Source: Candidatus Omnitrophota bacterium (GTDB lineage: Bacteria; Omnitrophota; Gorgyraeia; Gorgyraeales; Gorgyraeaceae). Taken from it: a stretch of DNA of 64,000 nt. The notes under the pieces were generated by a model. The model worked only from the letters and a program-made list of their open reading frames with translations. It was not told where the DNA came from and did no database searches. The stretch lies in contig JBDRCN010000001.1 of the NCBI GenBank assembly GCA_043821705.1, positions 8,851 through 72,850 of the forward strand. The letters are read 5' to 3'. Shown here piece after piece: positions 19,279 through 31,601 of this stretch. Both the position numbers and the translations under genes were made by a program. Numbering within the stretch: the first letter of the stretch is position 1; every line of letters starts with the position of its first letter.

Positions 19279-19290
19279 CGGGTCCTGTCC
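19279..19290. repeat. Family B terminal fragment (cgggtcctgtcc)
   Basis: Matches the B1/B2 terminus and lies adjacent to C1. Confidence 0.45.
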
Positions 19291-19309
19291 GCCTTAATAG
19301 CCACACCAA

Positions 19310-19492
19310 CCTAACCCTAGCCTGTGACCTTTGGCGCTGGAACACCGCGCCGTGTTCTACGGTTTAGAGCTCGCTCTACGAATAGAGCTTTCGCCTTTAG
19401 TCAGGCTCGATCTCGCTCTAAAGCCTTGAACACTTCATGTTTAAATACTACGGGATGCCGCTATGTTCCTGATGCGCCAAAGGCTCTCAGCC
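19310..19492 (+). mobile_element. Repeat family C copy C1 (~185 nt, 28-bp TIR cctaaacccagcctgtgacctttggcgc)
   Basis: About 90% identical to 53469-53660. Internal hairpins include gaacac-cgcgcc-gtgttc and ctcgctcta direct repeats. Confidence 0.85.
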
Positions 19493-19525
19493 TAGGTTTG
19501 GTTAGCATATAGCTATTAGCGGATG

Positions 19526-19803
19526 GCTTGGCTCATCCCTAGAAGCATCTTGAAAATTTAGAGCGGCCTGCCCGCCGAAGCTTTAGCGTAGGAGGGGCAC
19601 GGTTGATAAAGCGAAGTTTCCTGCTCTTACGCATTAGTTATTTGAAGATTATTGCACTGTAAAAGCTATTATTAATTGTATATCAGTAACCATGGTTCGC
19701 AGGGAACCAGCATATCTATTAATTATAAGGCTGGTTTCATGAAGCGCAGGATTCCCACGCTGGGGGAATCCAAGCGGTGCTGATAGGGGTGAGACAAGAC
19801 AGG
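19526..19803 (+). mobile_element. Repeat family A copy A3 (with ~150-nt internal insertion)
   Basis: The 5' and 3' conserved blocks are identical to A1/A2, and the middle is expanded (19563-19735). Confidence 0.8.
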
Positions 19804-19825
19804 CCGCTAATAAATATATTTTCCT

Positions 19826-19853
19826 TGAAATGGAAAAATCTTACTGTTATAAT
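19826..19853 (+). promoter_or_regulatory. Candidate sigma70 promoter for dnaA (TTGAAA-16/17-TATAAT)
   Basis: The sequence ttgaaatggaaaaatcttactgttataat ends about 10 nt before the dnaA ATG, which implies a near-leaderless transcript. Confidence 0.5.
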
Positions 19854-19862
19854 GTTTGACCT

Positions 19863-21203
19863 ATGGCAATAGACATAATAGATATATGGGATAAAATCCT
19901 GGCGCGCACAAAGGACGAGATAGGGGAAAGGGCTTTTGAGAACTGGTTCACCCAGACCAATCTCCAGACTTTAAACGATGACAGCATCGTTGTCGAGACC
20001 CCGTCTAATTTTATAAAAGATTGGATATACGACCATTACCGCGATGCATTGAACATTGCTATTCTAAAAACCATCGGTAAGATAGTCCCTGTAAAATTCG
20101 AAGTAAGGCCATCCAGCGCCCCTGGGAAAAACCGCAGCATTGAGAAAAATAATCCCCCAGCACCCCAATCCATCACTAAAAAAGCTTCTTATTTAAACCC
20201 AAGTTATACATTTGAAGGTTTTGTAGTAGGGTCTTCAAATCGTTTTGCGCACGCAGCTACAATGGCTATCGCAGAATCTCCTGCAAAAGCATACAACCCT
20301 TTGTTTATATACGGAGGGGTCGGGCTAGGAAAAACCCACCTTATGCAAGCTGCCTGCCATTATATCTCCGAGATGCACAAGGGGCTCAAGACGTTTTATA
20401 CTTCGAGCGAAAGCTTTACTAACGAATTGATAAACTCCATAAAAAATAGAACTTCTTCTAATTTCAGGGAAAAATACAGAAAAGTAGATGTCCTTCTTAT
20501 AGATGATGTACATTTTATTGCTGGGAAAGAATCCACCCAGGAAGAGTTTTTTCATACGTTTAATGCTCTTTACGACGCGCACAAACAGATCGTGCTTTCA
20601 AGTGATAGGCCGCCCAAGACCATTCCAGGCCTTGAAGAAAGGCTTGTCTCAAGGTTTGAATGGGGGCTCGTAACTGATGTACAGCCACCGGACCTCGAGA
20701 CTCGTATGGCTATCATAAATAAAAAAGCTGAAAAGACAAACGCCCAACTTCCTTCTGATGTGATGTACTTGATAGCTGAGAAGATCCGTACAAATATACG
20801 TGAGCTTGAAGGAGCTCTTATAAAGGTCATCGCCTATGCATCTCTCCAAAACAAAAAAATAGACCTGGCGCTTGCCCAAGATGTCTTAAAAGATGTGATA
20901 TCGGAAAAAGAAAAAAGAATATCGGTTGAACTCATCCAAAAAAAGGTCGCAGACTATTTTGGCATCAAGACCTCTGATCTTAAGGCAAAGAAGCGAAGTA
21001 GGCAGGTCGTCTACCCTAGGCAAATAGCTATGTATCTTACCAGGGAACTTACTAGTCTCACGCTCCCGGATATTGGCGCAAATTTTGGCGGCAGGGATCA
21101 TTCTACGGTCATACATTCTTGCGATAAGATACAGAAGGAATTGAAGAAGAGCCAGAATGTTAAGAATGTTATCAACCGCTTGACATTGGAGATAAATAGT
21201 TAA
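19863..21203 (+). CDS. dnaA: Chromosomal replication initiator DnaA
   Basis: 446-aa ORF with AAA+ Walker A (GGVGLGKTHL) and a C-terminal DnaA-box-binding HTH. Confidence 0.95.
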   Translation: MAIDIIDIWDKILARTKDEIGERAFENWFTQTNLQTLNDDSIVVETPSNFIKDWIYDHYRDALNIAILKTIGKIVPVKFEVRPSSAPGKNRSIEKNNPPAPQSITKKASYLNPSYTFEGFVVGSSNRFAHAATMAIAESPAKAYNPLFIYGGVGLGKTHLMQAACHYISEMHKGLKTFYTSSESFTNELINSIKNRTSSNFREKYRKVDVLLIDDVHFIAGKESTQEEFFHTFNALYDAHKQIVLSSDRPPKTIPGLEERLVSRFEWGLVTDVQPPDLETRMAIINKKAEKTNAQLPSDVMYLIAEKIRTNIRELEGALIKVIAYASLQNKKIDLALAQDVLKDVISEKEKRISVELIQKKVADYFGIKTSDLKAKKRSRQVVYPRQIAMYLTRELTSLTLPDIGANFGGRDHSTVIHSCDKIQKELKKSQNVKNVINRLTLEINS

Positions 21204-21358
21204 TAGTGTTGATAATATGTATTTTTTTGTGGATTATTTTTGAATTGTAACTATAATAGGATAATTGAGTTTGGGATTTATCAACATATCAACACTACTT
21301 AGTATTACGACTACTACTTTTCAATATAAAAGATAAGTAGAAAGGCTTAGGAGGGACT
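21204..21358. other. Candidate oriC/DUE segment between dnaA and dnaN with three DnaA-box-like 9-mers
   Basis: tgttgataa and ttatcaaca (TTATCAACA, 1 mismatch, inverted pair) plus tgtggatta (TAATCCACA) in an AT-rich context. Confidence 0.45.
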
Positions 21359-22446
21359 GTGAAAGTAAAAGTACTTAAAAACGACCTTATTAAAAACATA
21401 CAGAACGTGCAGAATGTGATATCTGCCAAAAGCAGCCTCCCAATACTTTCGAATATCTTAATAGAGACAAAAGATAATAAATTACAACTTACAAGTACAG
21501 ACCTTGACATAGGCATATCATCTGTAGTTTCAGCTGAGATAGAAGAAGAAGGGGCTATAACAGTTCCTGCAAAAAGATTTAATGATATTATAAAGGAACT
21601 TCCTAATGAAGATATATCTATAGCTACAATGAAAAATAATTCTGTGGTTATAAAATGTAGTAAATGTTTTTTTAAGATACTTGGCCTTCCAAAAGAAGAT
21701 TTTCCTAAACTACCTGAATTTAAAGACGAAAAGAGCGTGGTTATTAAACAAGATATATTAAAAAAGATGATCTCTATGACACATTTTTCTATATCACACG
21801 ACGAGGCTAGGTATATACTTAATGGGGCTTTGTTTTTATTTACCCCACAGAAATTTATAATAGTCACCACAGACGGAAAAAGATTAAGCCTTATAAAACA
21901 AGACCTGGAGAACTGCACATTGAATAGATCTATTATTGTCCCGTCTAAAACAATATATGAATTAAACAGAGTCCTGCAGGATGAGGGAGAAGTAGGTGTG
22001 ACTCTCAGTGAAAACCAAGCAAGGTTTGAATTGGGGAATGTCACCATAATATCCCGTCTCATAGAAGGGGAGTTCCCTAATTACGAACAGGTGATACCAA
22101 ATGAAAGCAAAGATAAGGCATTAGTACAAAGAGAAGGATTTTTATCCAGCGTGAGAAGAGCAGCACTTCTTACTACACAAGATTCAAGGTCTATAAAGAT
22201 AGATGTTTTAAAAAATAAGATGGTCATCTCAAAGACCAGCCCTAACATAGGCGAAGTAAAGGAAGAGTTGGAGATAAGTTATAAAGGCCACGAGACCACA
22301 ATAGGTTTCAACCCTGGCTATCTTATAGATGTATTGAAAGTACTACCCAAAGACGAGTTTGAGATAGATATAGTCGGTTCTGATAAACCAGCAGTTATCA
22401 GGATAGATGATTGGTATGTCTACCTAGTACTTCCTATGCAGTTAGC

Positions 22447-22450
<4 letters not shown>
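21359..22450 (+). CDS. dnaN: DNA polymerase III beta sliding clamp
   Basis: 363-aa three-domain clamp. Confidence 0.9.
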
Positions 22451-25184
<2,734 letters not shown>

Positions 25185-25362
25185 TGAGGCCATAACTTAC
25201 GGAGCACGAAGTGTGACGTAAGTTATTTGGCCGAACATACCCCACACCCAACATTTATTGTGTCTGTTTTAAGGGGTATTGAAAATAACTAAAACACCAC
25301 GCTCAAGCATTAACAACAAAATGATAAATGCTGGGTGTGGGGTTTAACTCGCGCATTGACTT
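25185..25362 (+). other. Structured gyrB-gyrA spacer (hairpin ataacttacg...cgtaagttat; long-range IR ccccacacccaac...ctgggtgtgggg)
   Basis: Inverted repeats were read directly from the sequence. Confidence 0.5.
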
Positions 25363-28300
25363 ATGTCGCATTTTATGCTCCATAAGCCAAGCGCTCGTAA
25401 AATGTACACACAAAATGAAAAATTAGTCCCAGTCTATATTGAAGATGAAATGAAGAATTCCTATATTACGTATGCAATGAGCGTAATAGTAGGAAGAGCT
25501 CTTCCTGATGTCAGGGATGGTCTAAAGCCAGTACATAGAAGGATCCTCTATGCAATGAGAGAGCTGGGGCTGGAACATAGCAAGGCTTATAAAAAATCAG
25601 CCAGGATCGTTGGAGAATGCTTTGTAAAAGATACTCTGGTATTGACACAAAAGGGCCTGGTCCCTATTCAGGAAATCGAGCGGGGCGACAAGGTATTCAC
25701 GCAAAACGCGGCAAGGAGTGTTAGCGAGTTATACGAGATGCCAAAGAGAGAACTCCTTAAAATCACACTGGAAAACGGTACCAGCAACATAGCTACATTT
25801 TCGCAAAAATTTAAGGTATTGAATAAAAATCTAGAGTTTGTATGGAAAGAGGCAAAGGAACTCAATAAAAATGATTATATTGTTATAAGAGCGCATTATC
25901 CTGAAATTAAAGATATGGCAGGTTTGAAGCGCTCGGCAGCAAGGCATCCGTTTTATTTGAATGAAGATATAGCGTATATTTTAGGGCTTTTAATATCAGA
26001 TGGCTGGATCGAGAGGCCCAACGGAAGGCAGCGGAACAGGATGTGCTTTTATTCTGCCAATAGAAAAGTTATGGAGAAAGTGAGTTCGATGTTCGAAAGA
26101 GCGTTTGGTTATAGGCCGAATATCGAGGAGAAGATACATAAAGGAACCACAAAGGACGGCAAGCCATTAAAGAAGGGATATTCAGTAAGGATTAATAGGC
26201 AGGCTATAAATGATTTCTTTGCGGCAAATTTTCACTTGGAAGGACTTAAGGCGAAAACCAAGATAATCCCGCAACAGATATTTGTTTCTCCAAAGAGAAT
26301 AATATTTGCTTTTGTTGCGGGGCTTCTTGAAGGAGATGGCAGCATTCATCGCGGAAGAAATGTTGTACATTATGGATCTATTTCAGAGAAATTGATAGAT
26401 GGTTTGGCAGTGCTTTTACAGCACCAGGGTATTTTTGGCAGGAAATACAAGGCAAGATCTTCAGCGTCTAGTAGTTATATAGGAGGCAGGCTAGTTGCAC
26501 GCAGAGAGGTTTTTTATAGCTTGGAATTCAGAAGCTCTAACGCATTACTATTAGCGTCCAATATTAATCTTGTTGATAAAAAGAAGAACGCCAGGCTGCG
26601 CAACCTTTTTACCAATAGAATAATTCCTTCGGGCCAGGATATTATACCTTATGGAGGGGCCAGGATATTTGAAGAACTTAGCGCAAGACATATAGGAGGC
26701 GGCTGGTACAAGGGGGTTAATGGCAGCAAATTTAAACAAGGCATAAAATATCCTGATGGAGCTAAGATAAGATATTCGCATAATCTTCTAGAAAAACCTT
26801 TGAGAAAATCTCAAGTTCTAGAATGGGGGATTAAAGAAAAATTAGAAAGATTAGGATCGCCCCTCTCTGTTTTTATTGACAATATAGTAGATAATAAAAT
26901 TTATTTCTCGAAAGTTTCATCGGTAGAAAAATCAGCCCCGCAAGTAACATACGATATCCAGGTTGAACAGGATCACGAGTTTATCGCAAACGGGATGATT
27001 TCTCATAATTGTCTTGGTAAATATCATCCTCATGGAGATACAGCAGTATATGACTCGCTAGTCAGGATGGTGCAGGATTTTTCATTGAGGTATCCTTTGG
27101 TGGATGGACAGGGGAACTTCGGGTCTGTCGACGGTGATGCTCCTGCAGCAATGAGGTATACTGAAGCTCGCATGGCATCTATCGCGGATGAGATGCTCTC
27201 GGATATTGACAAAGGCACAGTAGATTTTACTCCTAATTTCGATGAAACACTGGAAGAACCGACTGTCCTGCCTGCGAAATTGCCAGGGCTATTAGTAAAT
27301 GGCTCCAGCGGTATAGCTGTGGGCATGGCAACTAATGTCCCACCACATAATCTATCTGAGATAGTGGATGCTATTGTAAAATTGATCAGCGACCCAGGGT
27401 GTTCTATTAAAGATCTGATGAAAATTGTTAAAGGGCCTGATTTTCCAACAGGAGGGATCATCTGCGGCAGAGAAGGCATTAAAAAAGCTTATGAAACAGG
27501 CAGAGGCCTTTTAAAGCTTCATGCAAAAGCAGCAATAGAGCAGCAAAAAGGCAACAAAGAAGCTATTATTATTACAGAGATCCCTTACCAAGTAAATAAA
27601 TCAAAGCTCATTGAGAATATGGCAAGCCTTGTACAGGATAAAAAAATAGAAGGCATTGCTGACATAAGGGACGAGTCCGATAAAGATGGTATGAGGATAG
27701 TAGTCGATCTAAAGAGAGACCAGAACGCACAGATCGTTTTAAACCAACTCTATAAACGTACCCAGATGGAGATGACCTTTGGCGTCATCACATTAGCATT
27801 AGTGGATCTCAGGCCAAAGGTATTGAACTTAAAAGAAGTACTTGAATTATACATAAAACATAGAATTGAGATCATAAAAAGAAGAACACAATTCGAACTG
27901 AATAAAGCTGAAAGAAGAGCTCATATATTAGAAGGGCTGAAAATAGCAATAGACAATCTCACTAAGATCATAAAGACCATAAGAGAATCAAAAGATCCTA
28001 AGATAGCCAAAGACGCATTAATGAAAAATTTTGATCTTTCAGAGGTCCAGGCGCAGGCTATTTTAGAGATGCAGCTTCAGCGTCTTACTGCACTTGAGAG
28101 AGGGAAGATAGAAAAAGAATACCTGGAGCTATTAAAGAGAATAGAGATGTTAAAATCTATATTAAAGAGCGAGAAGAAGATATTAGAGATCATAAAGGAC
28201 GAAGCATTAGAGGTTAAGAAAAAATACGGGGATGAACGTAGAACTGAAATAGTAGCGAGGCAGGAAGAGATCGAGATAGAAGACCTGATAGCAGAAGAAG

Positions 28301-29223
28301 ACATGGTTATCACAATAAGCCATTCTGGTTATATAAAACGCCTCCCAACAGGTTCTTACAAAAAACAAAAACGAGGGGGAGTAGGCGTAACAGGCATGGA
28401 TATGAAAGATGAAGATTTTATCGAGCATCTTTTTATCGCTTCTACTCATGAATATATACTATTTTTTACTAATCAAGGGAGAGTGCATTGGTTAAAGGTA
28501 TATGAGATACCACAGGCTTCCCGCTCCGGAAGAGGCAAGGCAGTAGTAAACTTATTACAGCTTTCATCAGGGGAAAAGATCTCTTCTTATGTCAGGGTAA
28601 AAGAATTCAAAGAAGGATTATATCTTGTGATGGCTACCAAGAACGGCCTTATCAAGAAGACAGATCTGATGGCTTATTCAAACCCAAGAAAAGGCGGGAT
28701 AATAGGCATTACTATCGAGAAGGATGACGAACTTATAGAAGTTAAGTGGACAGATGGCAGCCATGAAATAATGTTGGCGTCCAAAGAAGGAAAGGCTATC
28801 TGTTTTTCAGAAAAGCAAGTCAGGGATATGGGTAGAGGCGCAAAAGGAGTAAAAGGGATAAAGCTTGGTAAGAAGGATGAGCTTATAGCAATGGACATAG
28901 CGAGAAAAGACGCGACTGTCTTAACAGTTGCTTCTCAAGGTTTTGCAAAGCGTACATCTATAAACGAATATAGAAAACAGTCTAGGGGCGGCAAGGGTGT
29001 AAAGAATATAAGCGTTACGAGTAAAACCGGAGAAGCTGTAGGTGTATTGATGGTACATGACAATGACGAGCTTATGGTCATGACTGTGAAAGGAATGATC
29101 GTAAGGTTCGCTGTGAAAGATGTCCGCGCTACAGGCAGAAGCACCCAGGGGGTCCGCATAATAAAACTTGATCCTGGCGACAAGGTAGCAAATGTTGCTC
29201 GAGTGATCCCAGAAGAAGAATAG
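25363..29223 (+). CDS. gyrA: DNA gyrase subunit A containing an in-frame intein (mature GyrA is 822 aa)
   Basis: 1286-aa ORF. Extein motifs: [44 protein letters not shown]. The true start is probably M14 (25402). Confidence 0.95.
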   Translation: MSHFMLHKPSARKMYTQNEKLVPVYIEDEMKNSYITYAMSVIVGRALPDVRDGLKPVHRRILYAMRELGLEHSKAYKKSARIVGECFVKDTLVLTQKGLVPIQEIERGDKVFTQNAARSVSELYEMPKRELLKITLENGTSNIATFSQKFKVLNKNLEFVWKEAKELNKNDYIVIRAHYPEIKDMAGLKRSAARHPFYLNEDIAYILGLLISDGWIERPNGRQRNRMCFYSANRKVMEKVSSMFERAFGYRPNIEEKIHKGTTKDGKPLKKGYSVRINRQAINDFFAANFHLEGLKAKTKIIPQQIFVSPKRIIFAFVAGLLEGDGSIHRGRNVVHYGSISEKLIDGLAVLLQHQGIFGRKYKARSSASSSYIGGRLVARREVFYSLEFRSSNALLLASNINLVDKKKNARLRNLFTNRIIPSGQDIIPYGGARIFEELSARHIGGGWYKGVNGSKFKQGIKYPDGAKIRYSHNLLEKPLRKSQVLEWGIKEKLERLGSPLSVFIDNIVDNKIYFSKVSSVEKSAPQVTYDIQVEQDHEFIANGMISHNCLGKYHPHGDTAVYDSLVRMVQDFSLRYPLVDGQGNFGSVDGDAPAAMRYTEARMASIADEMLSDIDKGTVDFTPNFDETLEEPTVLPAKLPGLLVNGSSGIAVGMATNVPPHNLSEIVDAIVKLISDPGCSIKDLMKIVKGPDFPTGGIICGREGIKKAYETGRGLLKLHAKAAIEQQKGNKEAIIITEIPYQVNKSKLIENMASLVQDKKIEGIADIRDESDKDGMRIVVDLKRDQNAQIVLNQLYKRTQMEMTFGVITLALVDLRPKVLNLKEVLELYIKHRIEIIKRRTQFELNKAERRAHILEGLKIAIDNLTKIIKTIRESKDPKIAKDALMKNFDLSEVQAQAILEMQLQRLTALERGKIEKEYLELLKRIEMLKSILKSEKKILEIIKDEALEVKKKYGDERRTEIVARQEEIEIEDLIAEEDMVITISHSGYIKRLPTGSYKKQKRGGVGVTGMDMKDEDFIEHLFIASTHEYILFFTNQGRVHWLKVYEIPQASRSGRGKAVVNLLQLSSGEKISSYVRVKEFKEGLYLVMATKNGLIKKTDLMAYSNPRKGGIIGITIEKDDELIEVKWTDGSHEIMLASKEGKAICFSEKQVRDMGRGAKGVKGIKLGKKDELIAMDIARKDATVLTVASQGFAKRTSINEYRKQSRGGKGVKNISVTSKTGEAVGVLMVHDNDELMVMTVKGMIVRFAVKDVRATGRSTQGVRIIKLDPGDKVANVARVIPEEE
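25618..27009 (+). other. GyrA intein (464 aa) with LAGLIDADG homing-endonuclease domain
   Basis: Begins with Cys ([10 protein letters not shown]) right after RIVGE and ends in ...ISHN followed by +1 Cys ([10 protein letters not shown]). Two LAGLIDADG blocks are present: [11 protein letters not shown] and [10 protein letters not shown]. Confidence 0.9.
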
Positions 29224-29332
29224 CCTTGACAATAAGTTCTTTTTATTTTAAACTTTAAACCTTTGGACATATTTTGAGGCGCTTTAGTGTCCTAAAGCTA
29301 TAAACTATAAACCATCAACTATCAACTAAAGT

Positions 29333-29410
29333 GTCCCCATCGTCTAGCCTGGCCTAGGACATCAGATTTTCGATCTGACGACCGGGGTTCAAATCCCCGT
29401 GGGGACGCCA
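29333..29410 (+). tRNA. tRNA-Glu (anticodon TTC)
   Basis: Sequence gtccccatcgtctagcctggcctaggacatcagatTTCgatctga...ggttcaaatccccgtggggacgcca. Confidence 0.8.
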
Positions 29411-29487
29411 TTTCTTTTATCTCAAAGTTGTTGACGCATCAACATCAAATATACTATAATCTAGAAAATAACCTACGGAGGTGTTGT

Positions 29488-30273
29488 ATGAAAAGACTTG
29501 TGATAGTCTTTACTGCTTTATTTTTATTATGCGCGTTTACTGTCTATGTAAATGCTGCGCCTGTGACTTGTCCTGCCAGTGTTAAAGAGATGAAAGGGAA
29601 TGATTATATAGACAAGGATTCTAACATAGCTTTTTTAGTATCTCTCGAATCTGATTTTATAACTGAGAAAGACTTAGACGAAAGCGATGGACAAGTAGAA
29701 GGAACTATGCACGTAGGCAAATTAGTAGTAAGCTTTGACAAAGTTGATTTTTATGCACTTTTAGGGGGAACTGGGAACCTAGAATACAGCGCAAGCATTT
29801 CTGGTGCGAATGTTTTATATGAATTAGAAGATAAATTTTTATGGGGCCTAGGAGCAAGTGGTCTGATCAAGAAATGGGACAAACACGGTATACAGCTTTT
29901 TGGGGACCTTTCTTATAGAACAACAGGCGATATGGAATATGACATAGTGACTTTAAATGGTACCCAGTTTTCTAAATCACAGCTTACACCTGCGACAGAT
30001 GCCAAATATGAAGAATGGCAGATAGCTCTTAGTGTGGCAAAAAAGTTCCAGTATATGACACCTTACGCTGGTATTAAATATTCAAATCTTGATGCATCAG
30101 CTGATGTAACGATCTCCAGTACTCGCTACGCATTAAGCGATGCTGAAAACGATAATCCTGTGGGTATATTTTTAGGGTGCGCTCTCATGCCTTTGGACAA
30201 TATGTCCATAGACCTAGAAGGCCGCTTTATTGACGAAGAGGCTTTTAGCGTATCTCTGAACTACGAGTTCTAA
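29488..30273 (+). CDS. Outer-membrane beta-barrel protein (signal peptide, C-terminal ...LNYEF)
   Basis: RBS ggagg lies upstream of the ATG at 29488; the track ORF starts at 29428. The terminal aromatic Phe is typical of BamA substrates. Confidence 0.65.
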   Translation: MKRLVIVFTALFLLCAFTVYVNAAPVTCPASVKEMKGNDYIDKDSNIAFLVSLESDFITEKDLDESDGQVEGTMHVGKLVVSFDKVDFYALLGGTGNLEYSASISGANVLYELEDKFLWGLGASGLIKKWDKHGIQLFGDLSYRTTGDMEYDIVTLNGTQFSKSQLTPATDAKYEEWQIALSVAKKFQYMTPYAGIKYSNLDASADVTISSTRYALSDAENDNPVGIFLGCALMPLDNMSIDLEGRFIDEEAFSVSLNYEF

Positions 30274-30421
30274 TGGATGAAGAAAAAACATCGTTTTTTT
30301 AGGCTGAACAGGGTAAGAGCCTATTTATTGGTAAAAAACATAAAAGAAAGACTAAGAAAACAGGAAGCAAAGCTTAGAAAAAACCATAAAGCCTAAGAGA
30401 TATATTCTCTAACTTTCCTCT

Positions 30422-30450
30422 TTACAAAGTCTTACCCGCCTTGTATAATA
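30422..30450 (+). promoter_or_regulatory. Near-consensus sigma70 promoter TTTACA-17-TATAAT
   Basis: The sequence ctttacaaagtcttacccgccttgtataat lies about 125 nt upstream of hisG. Confidence 0.6.
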
Positions 30451-30576
30451 ACTTCGCTATGCGGAAAAAGGCTAAAAAGCCCAAAATACGTAAGTCTTGG
30501 TCTATAAACCCTAAGACTAAGGTAAAAAAGAGTAAAAAACTTTATAGTAGGCATGAAAAAAAGAAGGAATTAAAAG

Positions 30577-31449
30577 ATGAAGTTAAAATTTGGTCTTCCA
30601 AAAGGCAGCCTCCAAGAAGCTACAACTAGGATGTTCAAAAAAGCAGGTTTTAATGTATCTATAAGCTCAAGAAGCTATTTCCCATCTATAGATGATAAAT
30701 ATATAGAGCCTTTTCTCCTAAGAGCTCAGGAGATGGCTAGGTATGTTGCTGATGGCGTGCTTGACTGCGGCATAACAGGAGATGATTGGTCAAATGAGAG
30801 CGGTAGAGAGGTCGTCAAGGTCTGTAAGCTTATATATAGCAAGCAAGGCCTAAGGCCAGTCCGGTGGGTATTAGCAGTACCTAATGACTCTAAGATAAAA
30901 AGTGTAAAAGACATGAAAGGAAAGAGAATAGCAACAGAGCTGGTTAATGTGACGAAAGAATATTTTAAGAAAAAAAAGATAGATATTGATATAGAATTCA
31001 GCTGGGGAGCAACTGAGGCAAAGGTCAGCGCAGGATTAGTGGACGCTATAGTAGAACTGACTGAGACAGGGGCAAGCCTTAGAGCAAATAATCTGAGGAT
31101 AGTTGATACTGTTTGTGAATCAACGACTCTTATAGTTGCAAATAAAAAAAGCTGGGAAAACAATTGGAAAAGACAGAAGATAGAACAGATAGCGCTTCTT
31201 CTCCAAGGCGCATTAGCTGCTGAAGAAAAAGTAGGACTTAAGATGAACATACAAGAAAAGGACCTAAAAAAGATCCTTGCTATCTTGCCAGCTATGAAGA
31301 AGCCGACCATCTCAAAGCTTACAGAAGCAAATTGGTGTGCTATTGAGACGATCGTTGATGAGGCTATAGTCAGAAAGATCATACCAGAACTAAAAAAAGA
31401 AGGGGCTCAAGGGATCATAGAGTACCCTCTTAATAAAGTAATAGATTAA
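30577..31449 (+). CDS. hisG: ATP phosphoribosyltransferase, long form
   Basis: 290-aa ORF beginning [12 protein letters not shown] with a C-terminal regulatory domain. Confidence 0.85.
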   Translation: MKLKFGLPKGSLQEATTRMFKKAGFNVSISSRSYFPSIDDKYIEPFLLRAQEMARYVADGVLDCGITGDDWSNESGREVVKVCKLIYSKQGLRPVRWVLAVPNDSKIKSVKDMKGKRIATELVNVTKEYFKKKKIDIDIEFSWGATEAKVSAGLVDAIVELTETGASLRANNLRIVDTVCESTTLIVANKKSWENNWKRQKIEQIALLLQGALAAEEKVGLKMNIQEKDLKKILAILPAMKKPTISKLTEANWCAIETIVDEAIVRKIIPELKKEGAQGIIEYPLNKVID

Positions 31450-31471
31450 AAAAATTTCAGGAGGTAGTAAA

Positions 31472-31567
31472 ATGCCTTGTGGGCGCAAAAGAAAACGACG
31501 TAAGATATCTACACATAAGAGAAAAAAGAGACGAAGAAGAGACAGACACAAGAAGAAGAATAGATAA
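31472..31567 (+). CDS. Tiny highly basic protein, ribosomal bS22-like (31 aa)
   Basis: aggaggtagtaaa precedes the ATG. The translation MPCGRKRKRRKISTHKRKKRRRRDRHKKKNR* resembles the mycobacterial/Bacteroidetes bS22 pattern KRRKxMSxKKHRKLLRRTR. Confidence 0.5.
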   Translation: MPCGRKRKRRKISTHKRKKRRRRDRHKKKNR

Positions 31568-31601
31568 GATAGTTTAGTTTAATATTAGATTATCTTCATC
31601 A

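Noticed and set aside
21295-22062. 255-aa ORF on the minus strand
   Set aside because: It lies entirely inside dnaN on the opposite strand, has low-complexity composition and no motif. It is an antisense artefact of an AT-rich gene.
25363-25401. N-terminal 13 codons of the gyrA track ORF ([13 protein letters not shown])
   Set aside because: The conserved GyrA N-terminus begins at M14 ([17 protein letters not shown]). The upstream codons lie within the structured spacer, so the start is probably 25402.
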